A DNA stretch of 64,000 bases, from assembly GCF_020745735.1 (NCBI RefSeq), contig NC_083409.1:18930341-18994340 (forward strand), in the 5' to 3' direction. Position numbers and translations under genes: made by a program. Shown piece after piece: positions 12,231 to 24,579 of this stretch. The stretch's first letter is position 1; every line of letters starts with the position of its first letter. Source of the stretch: Hemiscyllium ocellatum. Its lineage: Eukaryota. The notes beneath the pieces are model-generated. The model was not told the DNA's origin. It did no database searches and saw nothing but the letters and a program-made list of their open reading frames with translations.

Positions 12231-13379
12231 TGATATTGATCAGCTGGTAAATTGGGCAGATCAATGGCAGATGGAATTTAATCCTGATAATTACGAGGTG
12301 ATCCAATTTGGGAGGTCTGATAAGGGAGTTATATACAAAATGCAAGGTATATGCCTTGGGTGTCCTTGTGCATGGATCACAGAGGGCTGATCTGCAGGCA
12401 CAACAAGTAATTAGGAGGGCAAATGGAATTTTGTCCTTCATTGCAAAAGGGATTGAGTTTAAAAAGCAGAGAGGTTATGTTGCAGCTGTACAGGGTGCTG
12501 GTGAGGCCACACCTGGAGTACTGCGTGCAGTTATGGTCTCCTTACTTGTGGAAGGGTGTACTGGCACACAAAGGGGTGCAGAGAAGGTTCACTAGGTTGA
12601 TTCTGGGGTTGAGAGGGTTGACCTGTGAGAGGAGAAACTGAGTAGACTGGGATACATTCATTGGAACTTAGAAGAATGAGGGCGGTGGGGGATCTTATAG
12701 AAACATATAAAATTATGAAGAGAATAGATAAGACATAGGACGTTTCCACTGGGAGGTGAAACTAAAACAAGAGGACAGAGTCTCAAAATTAGGGGGAGCA
12801 GTTTTAGGACCAAATTGAGAAGGAACTTCTTCACCCAGAGGTCATAAATCTCTGGAATTCCTTGTCCAATGAAGTAGTCGATGCTACTTCAGTAAACGTT
12901 TTCAAAGCTAAGATTTTTTTTGAACAGGAAAGGAATTAAGAGTTACAGTGAGATCGTGGGTAAGGGGAGCTGAGTCCATGAAATGATGAGCCATGATCTT
13001 ATTGAATGGCAGAGCAGGCCTGAAGGGCCAGAATGCCCACTCCTGCTCCTAGTTCTTCTGTTCTTATGTTCCTTGGGAGTAGTGAGGAACAAAGGGACTT
13101 TGGTGTACAAGTCCATCAATCCCGGAAGGTATCAGCACTGCTAGGCAGGGTGCTGAAGGAGGCATATGGGATGCTTGCCATTACTAGCCAGGGTGTAGAA
13201 TATAGGAACAAAGAAGTCTCGTTGTTATTTTACAGAGCATTGATTAGGTCATATCTGAAATATTGTGTATCGTGCTGGTCATTACACTGTGAGAAGGTTG
13301 TGATTGGACTGGAGAGGGTGTAGAGGAGATTCACCAGGATGTTGCCTGGGATTGTCGGAGTGGGGAAAATATTCCCTGT

Positions 13380-13990
13380 TGAGGGAGTCGATTTCCTTCT
13401 AGAGAATAGTTTGTCAGGACTAAAGGCAGTAGCTTCCCCAATAATTACAGAATGTCCAAAGGAGATCCAAGAAACAGAACAATGACAGGAACAGGTTCCT
13501 GGTCTCTCTCCTTCATGTGAGGTAACCAGGGCAATGGTTAAACAAAATCCATCAATAAGGGTTGATGTGACACCACAGCAAGTGAAAGGATCGCTGAAAC
13601 ATTCCAAAAGGGTGAAGATAATCCAGGTGGAGTGTTTGGTATGATGTCCCTAATTACAGCAGATCCAAGAAGCAGATCCTAAATGAACTAAATGAACACA
13701 GTCAGCTCATACTGAGGTCGTGGCTGGAGGGGTTTCAGGGTATTATTACCTTCAGAATGGAGCGCTGATGAGGAAGTGGAGACCTCCCCCCCACCCCCAC
13801 CATGGACCCACAGATGCAGAATGGTCGGTTAGACATTGGCTGGTGGTCCCACCCAGCTATCATAGGGAGATATTGTGGGGAGCACATCAGATTTCCATGA
13901 GAGGACCATAGTGATTTGGAAAACACAGGCATCCTGAATCATGTGTTTTACTGAGCAAAAATTGTTTAAATATGTGTGCAGTTTAAAAAA
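13380..13990 (+). mobile_element. Gypsy-like LTR retrotransposon pol fragment (integrase N-terminal region)
   Basis: YYLQNGALMRKWRPP...LVVPPSYHREILWGAHQI resembles the integrase zinc-binding region (VVP..YR.EIL..AH). Confidence 0.65.
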
Positions 13991-14049
13991 AAATGTCATA
14001 CTGCAGCTGGCGGAATCCGCCAGCTGCAGATGCATCTGTCCTATGCAGT

Positions 14050-16080
14050 ATCAGTCAGAGTGAGTGTCGCACAGTCTTTTTGAAAGCCAACTCCTGCCTT
14101 CCACTGAGAATAGCATCCATCATGTTGTGTGACACTATCAACACGCTAACTGGGACGGACTTACAACCAATCTCACAACTCATGACTGGGCATCCATGAG
14201 GCACTGTGGGCCATCAACAGCAGCAGAATTCTGCTCCAGCACAATCTGAAACATAACAGCCCGGCGTATCCCCCACTCAACCATTACCATCAAACCAGGG
14301 GACCAACAATGGAGAATTCAGGAGGGCATGCCAGGAACAGCACGAGGCATGCATTAAGATGAGGTATTAACCTGGCGAAGCCACGAAAGAAGACTCCTTG
14401 CATACCAAACAGCATAAGCAGCAAATGATAGACAGAATTAAAGAATTCCATAACCAACGGATCAGGTCTAAGCACTGCAGTCCTGAAACATCTTGTCATG
14501 AGTGGTGTTGGATGATTAAACATCTCACTGGAGGAGGAGTCTCCACAAATATCCACATCCCCAATGATGGAAGAGCCCAGCACAGCAGTGCAAAAGATAA
14601 AGCTGAAGCTTTTGCAGCAATCTTCAACCAGAGGTGCCAAGTGGATGATCCATCTTGGCCTCCTCCAGTGGTCTCCAGCATTACAGATAAAAGTCTTCAG
14701 CCAATTCGATTCACCCCACATGATGTCAACAAATGGTTCGAGGTCCTAACAAAACTGGAATCACTGGGTATCATTGGCAAAATCATTTGTATTTAGAGCC
14801 ATACCTGACACATAGGAAGATGGTCATGATTGTTAGAGGTCAGTCATCTCAGCTCCAGGACATCTCTGGAGGAGCTCCTCAGGGTTGTCTCCTTCGCCCA
14901 ACTATCTTCAGCTGCTTCATCAATGACTTTCCCTCCACAAGGTCAGAAGGGGTGATGTTCACTGATGATTGCACGATGTTCAGCACCATTTCCAACTCCT
15001 CAGAGATTGGAGCAATCCAAGTTCAAATGCAATAAGATCTGGATAATATCCAGGCTTGGGCTGAAAAGTGATAAATAACTTTCATGCCATACAAATGCTA
15101 GACTCTGACTGTCACCAATAACAATGTGGCCAAACAGTTCTTCAAGTCCACTCTGCCATTCTATCATAGTTGATTTGTTTGTCAACCCCATTCTCCTGCC
15201 TTCTCTGTTACCCTTGATTGGTTTACCAATCAAGAAACTATCTATCTATACACTCAATGACTTGCCCTCCACAGCACTCTGCAGCAATGATTAATCCACA
15301 GATTAACCACTCTCTGGATGAAAAATCTCCTCCTTATCTCAGTTCCAAAGGATGGCCCCTTCCTTAAGAAACAATCTAACCAGTGTCCCTTGACATTCTG
15401 TGGTGTTACCATCAATGCGTCCCCCACTATCAACATCCTGGGAGTTGATAGCCAGCTGAAACTCACCAAATAAACACAGTGGCTACAAAAGCAGGTCAGA
15501 GGCTAAGAATACTGCAGCAAGTACCTCACCTCTTGTCTCCTGAAAGCCTGGCCACAATCTACAAGGCACAAGTCAGGAATGTGATGGAATACTCCCCACT
15601 TGCCTGGATTGGTGAAGCCCCAACAACACTCAAGAAGCTGAACACCATTCAGGGCAAAGCAGCCGCTTGATAGGCACAGCATCCACATGTAACCTTGCCC
15701 TCTACCGCCGACATTCAGCAGCAGCAGTGTGCACTATCTACAAGATGCACTGCAGAAATTCACCAAAGATCCTCAGACAGCACCTTCCAAACACAACCAT
15801 TTCCATCTGGAAGGACAAGGGCACCAGATATATGAGAACACCATTACCTTCAAGTTCCCCTCCAAGCCATCTTGACTTGAAAATGTATTGTGTCCCTTCA
15901 CTGTTGCTGGCTCCAGATCCTGGAATTCCCTCCCTAATGGTGTTGTTGGTCAACCCACAGCAGGTGTACTGCAGCAGTTCAAGAATAGCTCAAGGGCCTT
16001 CTCAAGGGCAACTAGGGATGAGCAATAAATGCTGGCCAGCCAGCGATGCTCACATTCCACAAAATGAATACATTAAAAAA
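14050..16080 (+). mobile_element. Non-CR1 LINE ORF2 (RT and C-terminus), decayed; clade uncertain
   Basis: GAPQGCLLRPTIFSCFIND, MFTDDCTMF, IYKAQVRNVMEYSPLAW, RRHSAAAVCTIYKMHC. Confidence 0.8.
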
Positions 16081-16785
16081 AAACTTGTCAAGTTGTAGGT
16101 CAACCTCCACACATTATGAAAGCAGCATCCTTAATTCCTCTCCCAGTTTTTGAGGAACCATTCAGTCGTGTAGAAGTGTGTCCAGCACTGAGTGTAGCAG
16201 AAAGGGGATGAGAAAAAGTTTGAGAGCCAAAGAGAATTGGTCAATTCTCAAAGTGAACTTTCTCCTGTGAGGTGAACAGACTCAGAGGCATTAGAGAATT
16301 CAGATACTGCATTTTTGTATCTGGAGAAAGATTAACAGAGGGACAGAGGGAGATTGCTCAGAGAATACAAAGAAGTTTGTCTGAGGAGTGGTTGAGGTCT
16401 GTACTCGATCAGTATTCGATGGAGTTGAGAAGGATGAGTGAAAATCTCAGTGAAACATACAGTATACTGAGAGGCCTGGATAGAGTAGACATGGAGACGA
16501 TGTTTCCACTTGGCAGAGAGACTGGGACCAGAGGGCACAGCCCCAGAAGGGGCCATCCTTTGGAACTGAGATGAGGAGGAGATTTTTCATCCAGAGAGTG
16601 GTTAATCTGTGGATTAATCATTGCTGCAGAGTGCTGTGGAGGGCAAGTCATTGAGTGTATAGATAGATAGGTTCTTGATTGGTAAACCAATCAAGGGTAA
16701 CAGAGAAGGCAGGAGAATGGGGTTGACAAACAAATCAACTATGATAGAATGGCAGAGTGGACTTGGTGGACTGTTTGGCCACATT
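15123..16785. repeat. 240-bp inverted repeat (arms 15123-15362 and 16546-16785)
   Basis: Arms are reverse complements with 5 mismatches. Confidence 0.9.
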
Positions 16786-16789
16786 CTGC

Positions 16790-16985
16790 ACTGATACATG
16801 GTCTTTAAAAGATACACTTGGATGCACCACATTAATTGAACATGATGTGGAGATAGATAATTCAGACCCAATAAAACAAAACCCATTTTGGCTAAACCCA
16901 GAGAAACTGGCCAAAGTGACAAAGGAAGCTCAATGTTTGTTGGAAAATCAATTGACTGAACTGTCAGAGTAATTGGAGTTCTCCC
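16790..16985 (+). mobile_element. Gypsy RT N-terminal fragment
   Basis: LGCTTLIEHDVEIDNSDPIKQNPF...SNWSSP. Confidence 0.75.
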
Positions 16986-17644
16986 GTGTAGGATTGAGCA
17001 AAATTCCCTATTCTCTAAAACCCTGGATTTTTAAAAACCTTTTAAAAATAAAGAGACAGCTGGGCTGAGCTCTGGGAAAAACACAGAGACACGGAGATGG
17101 CTGCCTGGAACCATTGTTCTGCCTGGAATTCCAGTTCACACCTCAACCCTTAAAGAGCACCAACCAGAACTCATTCTCCAGACTGAACCTCACTTTTACA
17201 ACACAGACATTTTGGAACCTGTACAGATACTGGACATTCAACACAATCAATACTTACTCACAGGGATATTGGGCATTCAACATCAATCAAGATACATTCA
17301 TCCATACTCTTAACTGTCAGGAAGCCAACTGACCCTAAAGGGAACACCAGAAACACATTGGACAATACAGATCTGAGGGGAGATAAAGGGACACCCAGCC
17401 TGTGTAACAGCCAGCCCTAATCTGAGGATGAGCCTTTTCAACAACAAGTTTCTGCAGGAACAGCTTCAGCAAGCCCCAACAAGCAGCTTCAGAACCAAGA
17501 ACTACAGAGGCTGAACAGAGAAGCCGAATCCAGAAATCAAACCAAGAGCATCATCGCAACAAAGGACACCCGAGAGCAGGAACACCAACCAAACGCTATC
17601 TGAACAAAAGCTTCCAGAGTCAGGCCTGTTCTGAACACATTCCC

Positions 17645-17678
17645 AGATTCCTTCGCCCCAGTCTTACCTCCACTCTCC

Positions 17679-17711
<33 letters not shown>

Positions 17712-17880
17712 CCACAGCCATTTATCTCTCAGCTCTCAGCCCATAGGCCTTATTCTTGATGAAGGGCTTATGCCCAAAACGTTGATTCTCCTGCTCCTCG
17801 GATGCTGCCTGACCTGCTGTGCTTTTCCAGCACAACACTCTCAACCCTGATCTCCAGCATCTGCCGTCCTCACTTTCTCA
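17645..17880 (+). mobile_element. Penelope-like element 3' end / pseudo-LTR with poly-C tract
   Basis: ttgatgaagggcttatgcccaaaacgttgattctcctgctcctcggatgctgcctgacctgctgtgc; C-run at about 17676-17710. Confidence 0.7.
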
Positions 17881-18099
17881 CAGACCTGTCCTGAGCCAAG
17901 AGAACCGACAGCGAGAACCTCACCAACAGGACACATATTAAACCTGTATTTTCCTCGATGCTGAGCTGAAAACCCTGAGACCCCAAAGTTTCCCTCTGAG
18001 CTCGCAGGGAGGGGATGGTGGGTGGTGGCAGTGCATTGGGACCCAAGGGTAGGGAGCCTGATTAAAGTTTGTGTGACTCAAACTGTTTTGCTTCGAATA

Positions 18100-19278
18100 G
18101 TAGAAAGTGAGGACTGCAGATGCTGGAGGTCAGAGTCGGAAAGTGAGGCTCTGGAAAAGCGCAGCAGGTCAGGCAGCATCCGGGGAGTAGGAGAATCAAT
18201 GTTTTGGGCAGAAGCCCTTCATCAGACATGTTGGGAAGGACGACTTGCGGAACATTTCTGGGACACATGCACCAAACAACCCCACCACCCTGTGGCCGGA
18301 CACTTCAAATCCCCCTCCAACTCTGCCAAGGACATACAAGTCCGGGGCCTCCTCCACTGCCAACTCCAAGCTACCCAAAATCTGATCAGATTAGATTAGA
18401 TTCTCTACAGTATGGAAACAGGCCCTTCATCCCAACATGTCCATACCAACCCTCCGAAGAGTAACCCCACCCAGACCCTCTCCCCTACCTAATATTTACC
18501 CCTGACTAATGCACATAACACTATGACAATTTAGTATGGCCAATTCAGCTAACCTACACATTCTGATTAGATTAGGTTCCCTAGAAATTGAAAACAGGCC
18601 CTTCGACCCAACCAGTTCGTACCGATCCTCTGAAGAGTAACCCAATGAGACCCATATCACTCTGACTAATGTACCTAACACTGCGGGCAATTTAGAACGG
18701 CCCATTCACCTGACCTGCACATCTTTGGACTATGCACCCAGAGCACCCGGAGAAAACCCGGACATGGGGAGAACGTGCAACCTCCACACAGACAGTTGCC
18801 GAGGGCTGGAATCGAACCTGGGTCCCTAGTGCTGTGAGGCAGCAGTGCTAACCACTGAGATACTATGTCTGGAAGAAGAATGCCTCACTTTCCACCTTGG
18901 GACGCCCCAACCACACGACATCAATGTTGTTTTCACTAGTTTCGTTATCTCCCCTCCCCACCCCCCAACGAATATCCAATCCTCCAACTGGACACCACCC
19001 TCTTGAACCTTCCAAATCTATCCATCATCCATCCCACCTATCTGCTCCACCATCCCTTCTGAACTATCACTATCACCTCCCCCCCACCTGCATCTACCTA
19101 TCTCCTTCCCAGCTACTTTCCTCCACCCCCTGCCCCACCTTCCTATTGATCTCTCAGCCCCATTCCACTCCCACAACCTTCACGATGAAGAGCTGATGCC
19201 CGAAACATCGATTCTCCTGTCCCTCAGATGCTGCCTGACCTGCTGTGCTTTTCCAGGGCAACACTTTTCCACTCTAGC
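18100..19278 (+). mobile_element. 5'-truncated Penelope-like element: inverted pseudo-LTR, GIY-YIG tail fragment, 3' pseudo-LTR
   Basis: RLAEHF...PVAGHFKSPS...GLLHC then LEEECLTFHLGT-like sequence; pseudo-LTR copies at 18100-18228 (-) and 19180-19278 (+); SINE nested inside. Confidence 0.7.
18387..18860 (-). mobile_element. tRNA-derived SINE (HE1/V-SINE type) with duplicated 3' tail
   Basis: Minus strand ctcagtggttagcactgctgcctcac...ggttcgattcc (A and B boxes); (tctaa)n tail. Confidence 0.8.
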
Positions 19279-19564
19279 TCCTAGTAGTGTATAACCAGTG
19301 TTTAATTTGATAGTGTATTTAATTACTGTTCTCTGTATAATGGATACTGGTAATTTCACTGTTTATTACATTTACATTTGCTCCTGTATTATACTTACCT
19401 TTTGTATTGAATAAACCCAGAGATTCCTTTGCCCTGAAACACCCATCTACTGCCCTCTTCATTTGACATTTTTATGTAAATCCAGCAGCAGAACCAGGGA
19501 TCTGGGCTAGATTCAAACCATCTAAAAATCCGCAAATTACTGATCATAAACTGGACAGGGTACC

Positions 19565-19870
19565 CTGATTGCACTGTAAGAGTAATTGGAGTTCTCTTGT
19601 AGTGTTGGTTCTGAAACCAAATGTTTCAATTAGATTCTGTGTAGACAGTTGGAAAGTGAATGTAGTCACAAAGATGGATTTGTACCCTATTCCCAGGCCA
19701 GGAGATTGCATTGATAGGGTATGTAGTGTGTCATTCTTATCCAAAAGTGATTTGTTAAAAGTACCACTGACAACACGCGCAAAGGAAATTTCTGCATTTG
19801 CTGCATTCTGGATCTTTGTATACAATGGAAAACTCAAATACGTTCTAAACATTTTGGGATGACAGGGTGT
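19565..19870 (+). mobile_element. Gypsy RT fragment (continuation of 16790-16985)
   Basis: SNWSSLVVLVLKPNVSIRFCVDSWKVNVVTKMDLYPIPR...DLLK...PLTTRAKEISAF. Confidence 0.85.
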
Positions 19871-19929
19871 AGACTGATAGCAGCACTGAAGAAAACTAGT
19901 TTTATTCACGAAATGGTTTTGGAAAATTT

Positions 19930-22420
19930 ATGGGATTAAATTCAAATAAATCCACAGGATCCAATAGTCTACACCTCAGATTACTTCAGGAAATGCCCAA
20001 AATGTTTGGAAACATTGATGTTCAAGATTCTATACATTCTGGGATAATCCCCACTGACTGGAGAGTTGCTAATGTAACATCACTATTTAAAATGGAAGGG
20101 AGAGAGAAACTGGACAACTTAGACCAATCAGCCTGAAAATACTCGAGTCTATTATGAAAGATTTAATCACTGAAAGACAGTGACAGGATTAGACAGAGTC
20201 AGCATGGTTTGTGGAAAGGGAAATCATGCTTAACAAATTGACTGGAATTGCTTGAGTCTGCAAAGAGCAAATTTGACAAGAAGGAGGCAATTGACATAGT
20301 ACATTTGGAAATTTTACAAGGTTTTTAATAAGTCCCACAGAAGAGAGCGTAAAAAATTAAGACTCCTGGGACTGGGGGCAGTGTACTGACATGGATAGAG
20401 AACTGGTTGGCAGGCTGGAAACAAAGAGTAAAAATAAACTGGCCTCTTTTCTGAAAGGGTACCACAGGCCTGGATCCAGCTATTCACGATATTTGTTCAT
20501 GGTTTAGATGAGGGAACTTAAGAGTAATATCTCCAAGTTTGCAGATGACACAAAGCTGGGTGGAAGGGGGAGCTGTGAGGAGGATGCAGAGATACCTCAG
20601 TGTGATTTGGAGATGTTGAGTGATGGCAGATGAAATACAATGAAGTTAAATGTGAGGTTACCCAGTTTAGTAGCAAAAATTGGAAGCAGATTATTATCTG
20701 AATGGTGATAGATTGGGAATGGGGAGATGCAATAAGATCTGGGTGTCTGTGTATACCAGTCACTGAAAGTCAGCGTGCAGGTGCTGCAGGCAGTGAAGAA
20801 GGTAACTGATATGTTACCTTCATAGTGAGAGGATTTGAGTACAGGATCGGGGATGTCTTGCTGTAATTGTATGGGGTCTTAGTGAGACCACACCTGGAAT
20901 ATCCAAACCAAAACTGGTTCAGAGACAGGAGACAGTGGGTGGAGGCAGAAAGTTGTTTGTGTGATTGGGTCCAGTGTGCAGTGGGATACCACAGGGATCA
21001 GTGCTGGGTCCCTTATTGTTCAGGATGTATTGAAACAATGAAGATGAGAATGTGAGAGGTGAGGGGTGGGGGTGAGTGGATGATGACTGAATTTGTAGAT
21101 GACACAAGGTTTGGCAGATGGTTGACAGTGAGGAAGAAGGTCTTAGGTTACAGGAAGATCTAACTGGATCGGTCCGATGGGCAGATCAGAGTCAGATAGA
21201 ACTTACCCCTGATAACTGTGAGGTGATGAACTTTGGAAGATATAACAGGTCAACAAGGTATTTATGAAGGTAGACAGAACACTTGCCTTTATCATTTCAG
21301 GTATAGATGAGAAGACCAGGGAAGAGATGTTGGAGCTGTACAGAACTTTGGTTACGCCACAGCTGGAGTACTGTGTGCAGTTCTGGTCATCACGCGATCG
21401 GAAGGATAGGATTGTACTGGAGGGGATGCAGAGAATAATCACCAGGATGTTGCTTGGGATGAAGCATTTCAGCGATGAAGAGAGGCTGGATAAACTCGGG
21501 TTGTTTTCTTTGAAGCAGAGAAGGTGGAATGGGGACCTGATAGAGGTGCATAAGGGTATGAAGGGAATGGGCAGAATGAATAGAAAGCAGCTTTTCCCCT
21601 TACTCCGAGTTGGCACACATTCACTGTGAAAGACAGGAGCTTTAGAGGGGATTTGAAGAGCAGGTTTTCATTCAGAGGGTCTTGGGGGTCTGGTTTGCAC
21701 TGCCTGGGATGGTAGATGAGGTGGCAAATCTCTCAACCTTTTTAAACTACTTGGATGAACACTTGAAATTTCGTAACATTTAAAGCTATCGGCCTTGTGT
21801 TGGAAAGTGGGACTGGTGCAGGTTGAGTGTAGTTTGGCTGGGTACACAGTTAATGGGCTGAAGGGCCTCTTCTGTACTGTTGATTTTATGATTCTGTTGT
21901 GTGCAGTTTTGGTCTCCTTATCTGAGGAAGAATGTTCTGGCTGTGGAGGGAGGGCAGCGAGGGTTTACCAGACTGATTCCTGGGAGGACAGCACTTAGAC
22001 CTGAGGAGAAATTGGATTGGTTAGGATTATATTCACTGGAGGTTAGAAGATTGAGGGGGGTCACATTGAAAAATCGAAAATCCTAACAGGATAAGGCAGG
22101 ATGTTCCTGATGTCTGGGGAGTCCAGAACCAAGGATTACAATTTAAGGATATGGGAAAGGCCATGTAGGGCTGAGATGGAGAGAAATGTTTTCATTCAGT
22201 GAATGGGAAGCCTGTGGAAGTTTCTGACATTGAAAGAAATTGAGCTCAAACCACTGAATGCTTTCGAGAAAGGGCACGATATAGTTCTCAAGGTAGAAGG
22301 GTTCAAAGGTTACGGGGACAAAGTGGGAACAGGCGATTGTGGTGGATGATCAGCCATTGTCATATTGAATGGCGGAACAAGCTCCAAGGGCTACTCCTGC
22401 TCCTAGCTTCACTGTTTGGG
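19930..22420 (+). mobile_element. Stack of CR1 ORF2 and 3' fragments
   Basis: IPTDWRVANVTSLFK, KFADDTKLGG, ELYRTLVTPQLEYCVQFWS, QFWSPYLRKNVLAVEG. Confidence 0.85.
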
Positions 22421-22669
22421 AGACTATTCATCAATATGGAAACGTATTAATTGAAAACACAAATTTGCCTTGGGTTAGGAATTAGTTTGGAGGCAGGAGA
22501 CAGAGAGGAGGGATAATGTGTGTGCTCTCCAATGAGCAAAATGTGGATAGTCGTGTCCCCAAGGATCTGTGCTGGGACCTGAGTGTTTCACAATATCTCT
22601 CAATGATGTGCATAAAGGATTAGACAGCCATATATGTAAGATTACTAACCACACAGAATGAGGCAGCTA

Positions 22670-23000
22670 GAAGGAGGTTACAGAGATAGGGAGGGTTGAA
22701 GGACAGGTAGGGTTTGAGAATAAGGATGAGAATTTGTAAATCATGATGTTGTTGGACCGGGAGCCAATGTCGGTCAGTGAGGACAGTGGGGGTTGGGGAT
22801 GGGGCTTGGTGCGAACTTGGATACGGGCAGCAGAGTTTGGGATGAGCTGAAGTTTACAGAGGGCAGTGGCTGTGATGTGGCACAGGACAACATTGAATTG
22901 ATCACATTTGGAGTCCCAAAGCAAAGAGATTTTGAGTGAGTGATCTCTGTGACGTGGAGATTTGGGGTTCAGATCATCCTCAAAGATAAGGCCAAGATAG
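22670..23000 (-). mobile_element. L2-like LINE 3' fragment (paralog of 4130-4540)
   Basis: KLQLIPNSAARIQVRTK in minus ORF; aligns with 4130-4540 at about 80% by eye. Confidence 0.6.
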
Positions 23001-23278
23001 CAAGGAGTCTGACACTAAATAAAAGCTGAAAAAGCTGTGGTTGCTGTAAATGAGAAACAGAAACAGATATTGCTGGAAAAGCTCAGCAGGTCTGGCACCA
23101 TCTGTGGAGAGAAAGCAGAGTTAACATTTTGGGTCAAGAGAACCTTTTTCAGAACTGTTCTGTTTTTGTAAAGAGTGCTCAGGGAGAGGGATGAAGTTTT
23201 TAGTGGGATCTGAAAAGGATGGATTTGATCTTCCCAATGTGTTTCCCTGTGAGCCTGGCTCCTCAGTCCTGACTGCTC

Positions 23279-23432
23279 TTAGCTGCTGTGATTGTCACTG
23301 ATTGGACACTTATTATTAGAGATTCTGACCACAGCAGAAAGCCCCAGTGTAAAAAATAAATGCAAGGACTGTCAGATCGCAAGGTTGAAACTTCACTGAG
23401 AGAGGAAGTGAAAGAAGGAGCTCAGAGCAGCT
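23279..23432 (+). promoter_or_regulatory. Candidate B-cell enhancer 4.4 kb upstream of the V promoter
   Basis: EICE GGAAGTGAAA 23404-23413, RUNX ACCACA 23328-23333, kB-like AGAAAGCCCC, adjacent CAGCTG; 95% identical to 4580-4733. Confidence 0.5.
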
Positions 23433-24579
23433 GGACGTTTGTTACTGAGATGGGAGAAAACTGTGAACTGTCTGCACTCCCTGGAATCTGACAGCACATA
23501 AGAACATTAAAACCAGGAGCAGGAGCAGCCTATCTGGCCCCTCAACCCCGCGCGCCATTCAATAAGATCATGGCTGATCTTTTCATGGTCTCAGCTCCCT
23601 CTACCCACCCCCTCACCATTACCCTTAATTCTTTTACTGTTCAAAAAATTATCTGTCTTAGCTTCAAAAACATTTACTAAGGAAACCTCAACGACTTCGC
23701 TGGGCAGGGAATTCCATAGATTCACCACCCTCTGGGTGAAGAAGTTCCTTCTCAATTCAGTCCGAAATCTGCTCCCCCTAGCACAGGAGGAGGCCATTCA
23801 GCCCATCATGTCTGTGAGTGATCCCACTGCCCCTCCCTCTCCCCATAACCCAGCAATTTTTTCCTTTTCAGCTCAATCTCTAGTTGCCTCTTGTAGACCT
23901 GGGTCCACAGCAGAGACTGTTCCCTAACCTGGGCTCCAAATTGGCATCTTATTCATTCACTGGGAGACAAACTGCCTGGGCTGGGAAATGGAGCTCACGA
24001 CCCTGAACATTCCCTCTCCCCTCCTGAGGGACAATTGATGCTGAGGGATAGTTCCATGGAGCCCTACAATATATACCCTACCATACACACTTCCCCATTC
24101 TGTGTGTAAAAGGCTGGAGCTTGCCAGCAGGATATTCAATTGCAGGAGCCATCATCAGTTTGATCAATTCTGACCACATTCACTTTCCAGAATGTTTAAA
24201 CTCGTTACTTATATAAAATCTGTCCATCTCCTCCTACGTGTGAGGCAGGGAAGGGGCCACTCCATTTGAGACAATTTGGAATTTATGGAACAGAAATGGA
24301 GTAAGCTGGGAAAGGACATCGGAACCATACAGTTTGGAGGTGGGATGAGCAGGAATAAGGATTTTTGTGGTCAAAGAGATGATGTAGTGCAGAGGCAAAC
24401 AATGTTGTGGAGATTGAAATAAGAGACCTATGTGATGGAGAGGAAGTGGAGTTTGAAGCTCCAATACTGGAGGGTCCAGTGGGAAAGAGGCCCTGGCTTA
24501 CTGCTCCATTGGACATTCCAGTGGGATGGAGGCCCATGTTTCCTGATCTCTGTTGGAGGTTCCAATTGAGTCTCATGGA

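Larger units (their letters stand above)
11220..13050 (+). mobile_element. CR1 RT and 3' tail, interrupted by a short minus-strand element
   Basis: SGVRQGLGLGPFLF, LYRVLVRPHLEYCVQLWSPY, CR1 tail ending about 13050. Confidence 0.85.

Noticed and set aside
18802-18858. tRNA gene
   Set aside because: The A/B boxes belong to a SINE head followed by the SINE body and tail; no cloverleaf.
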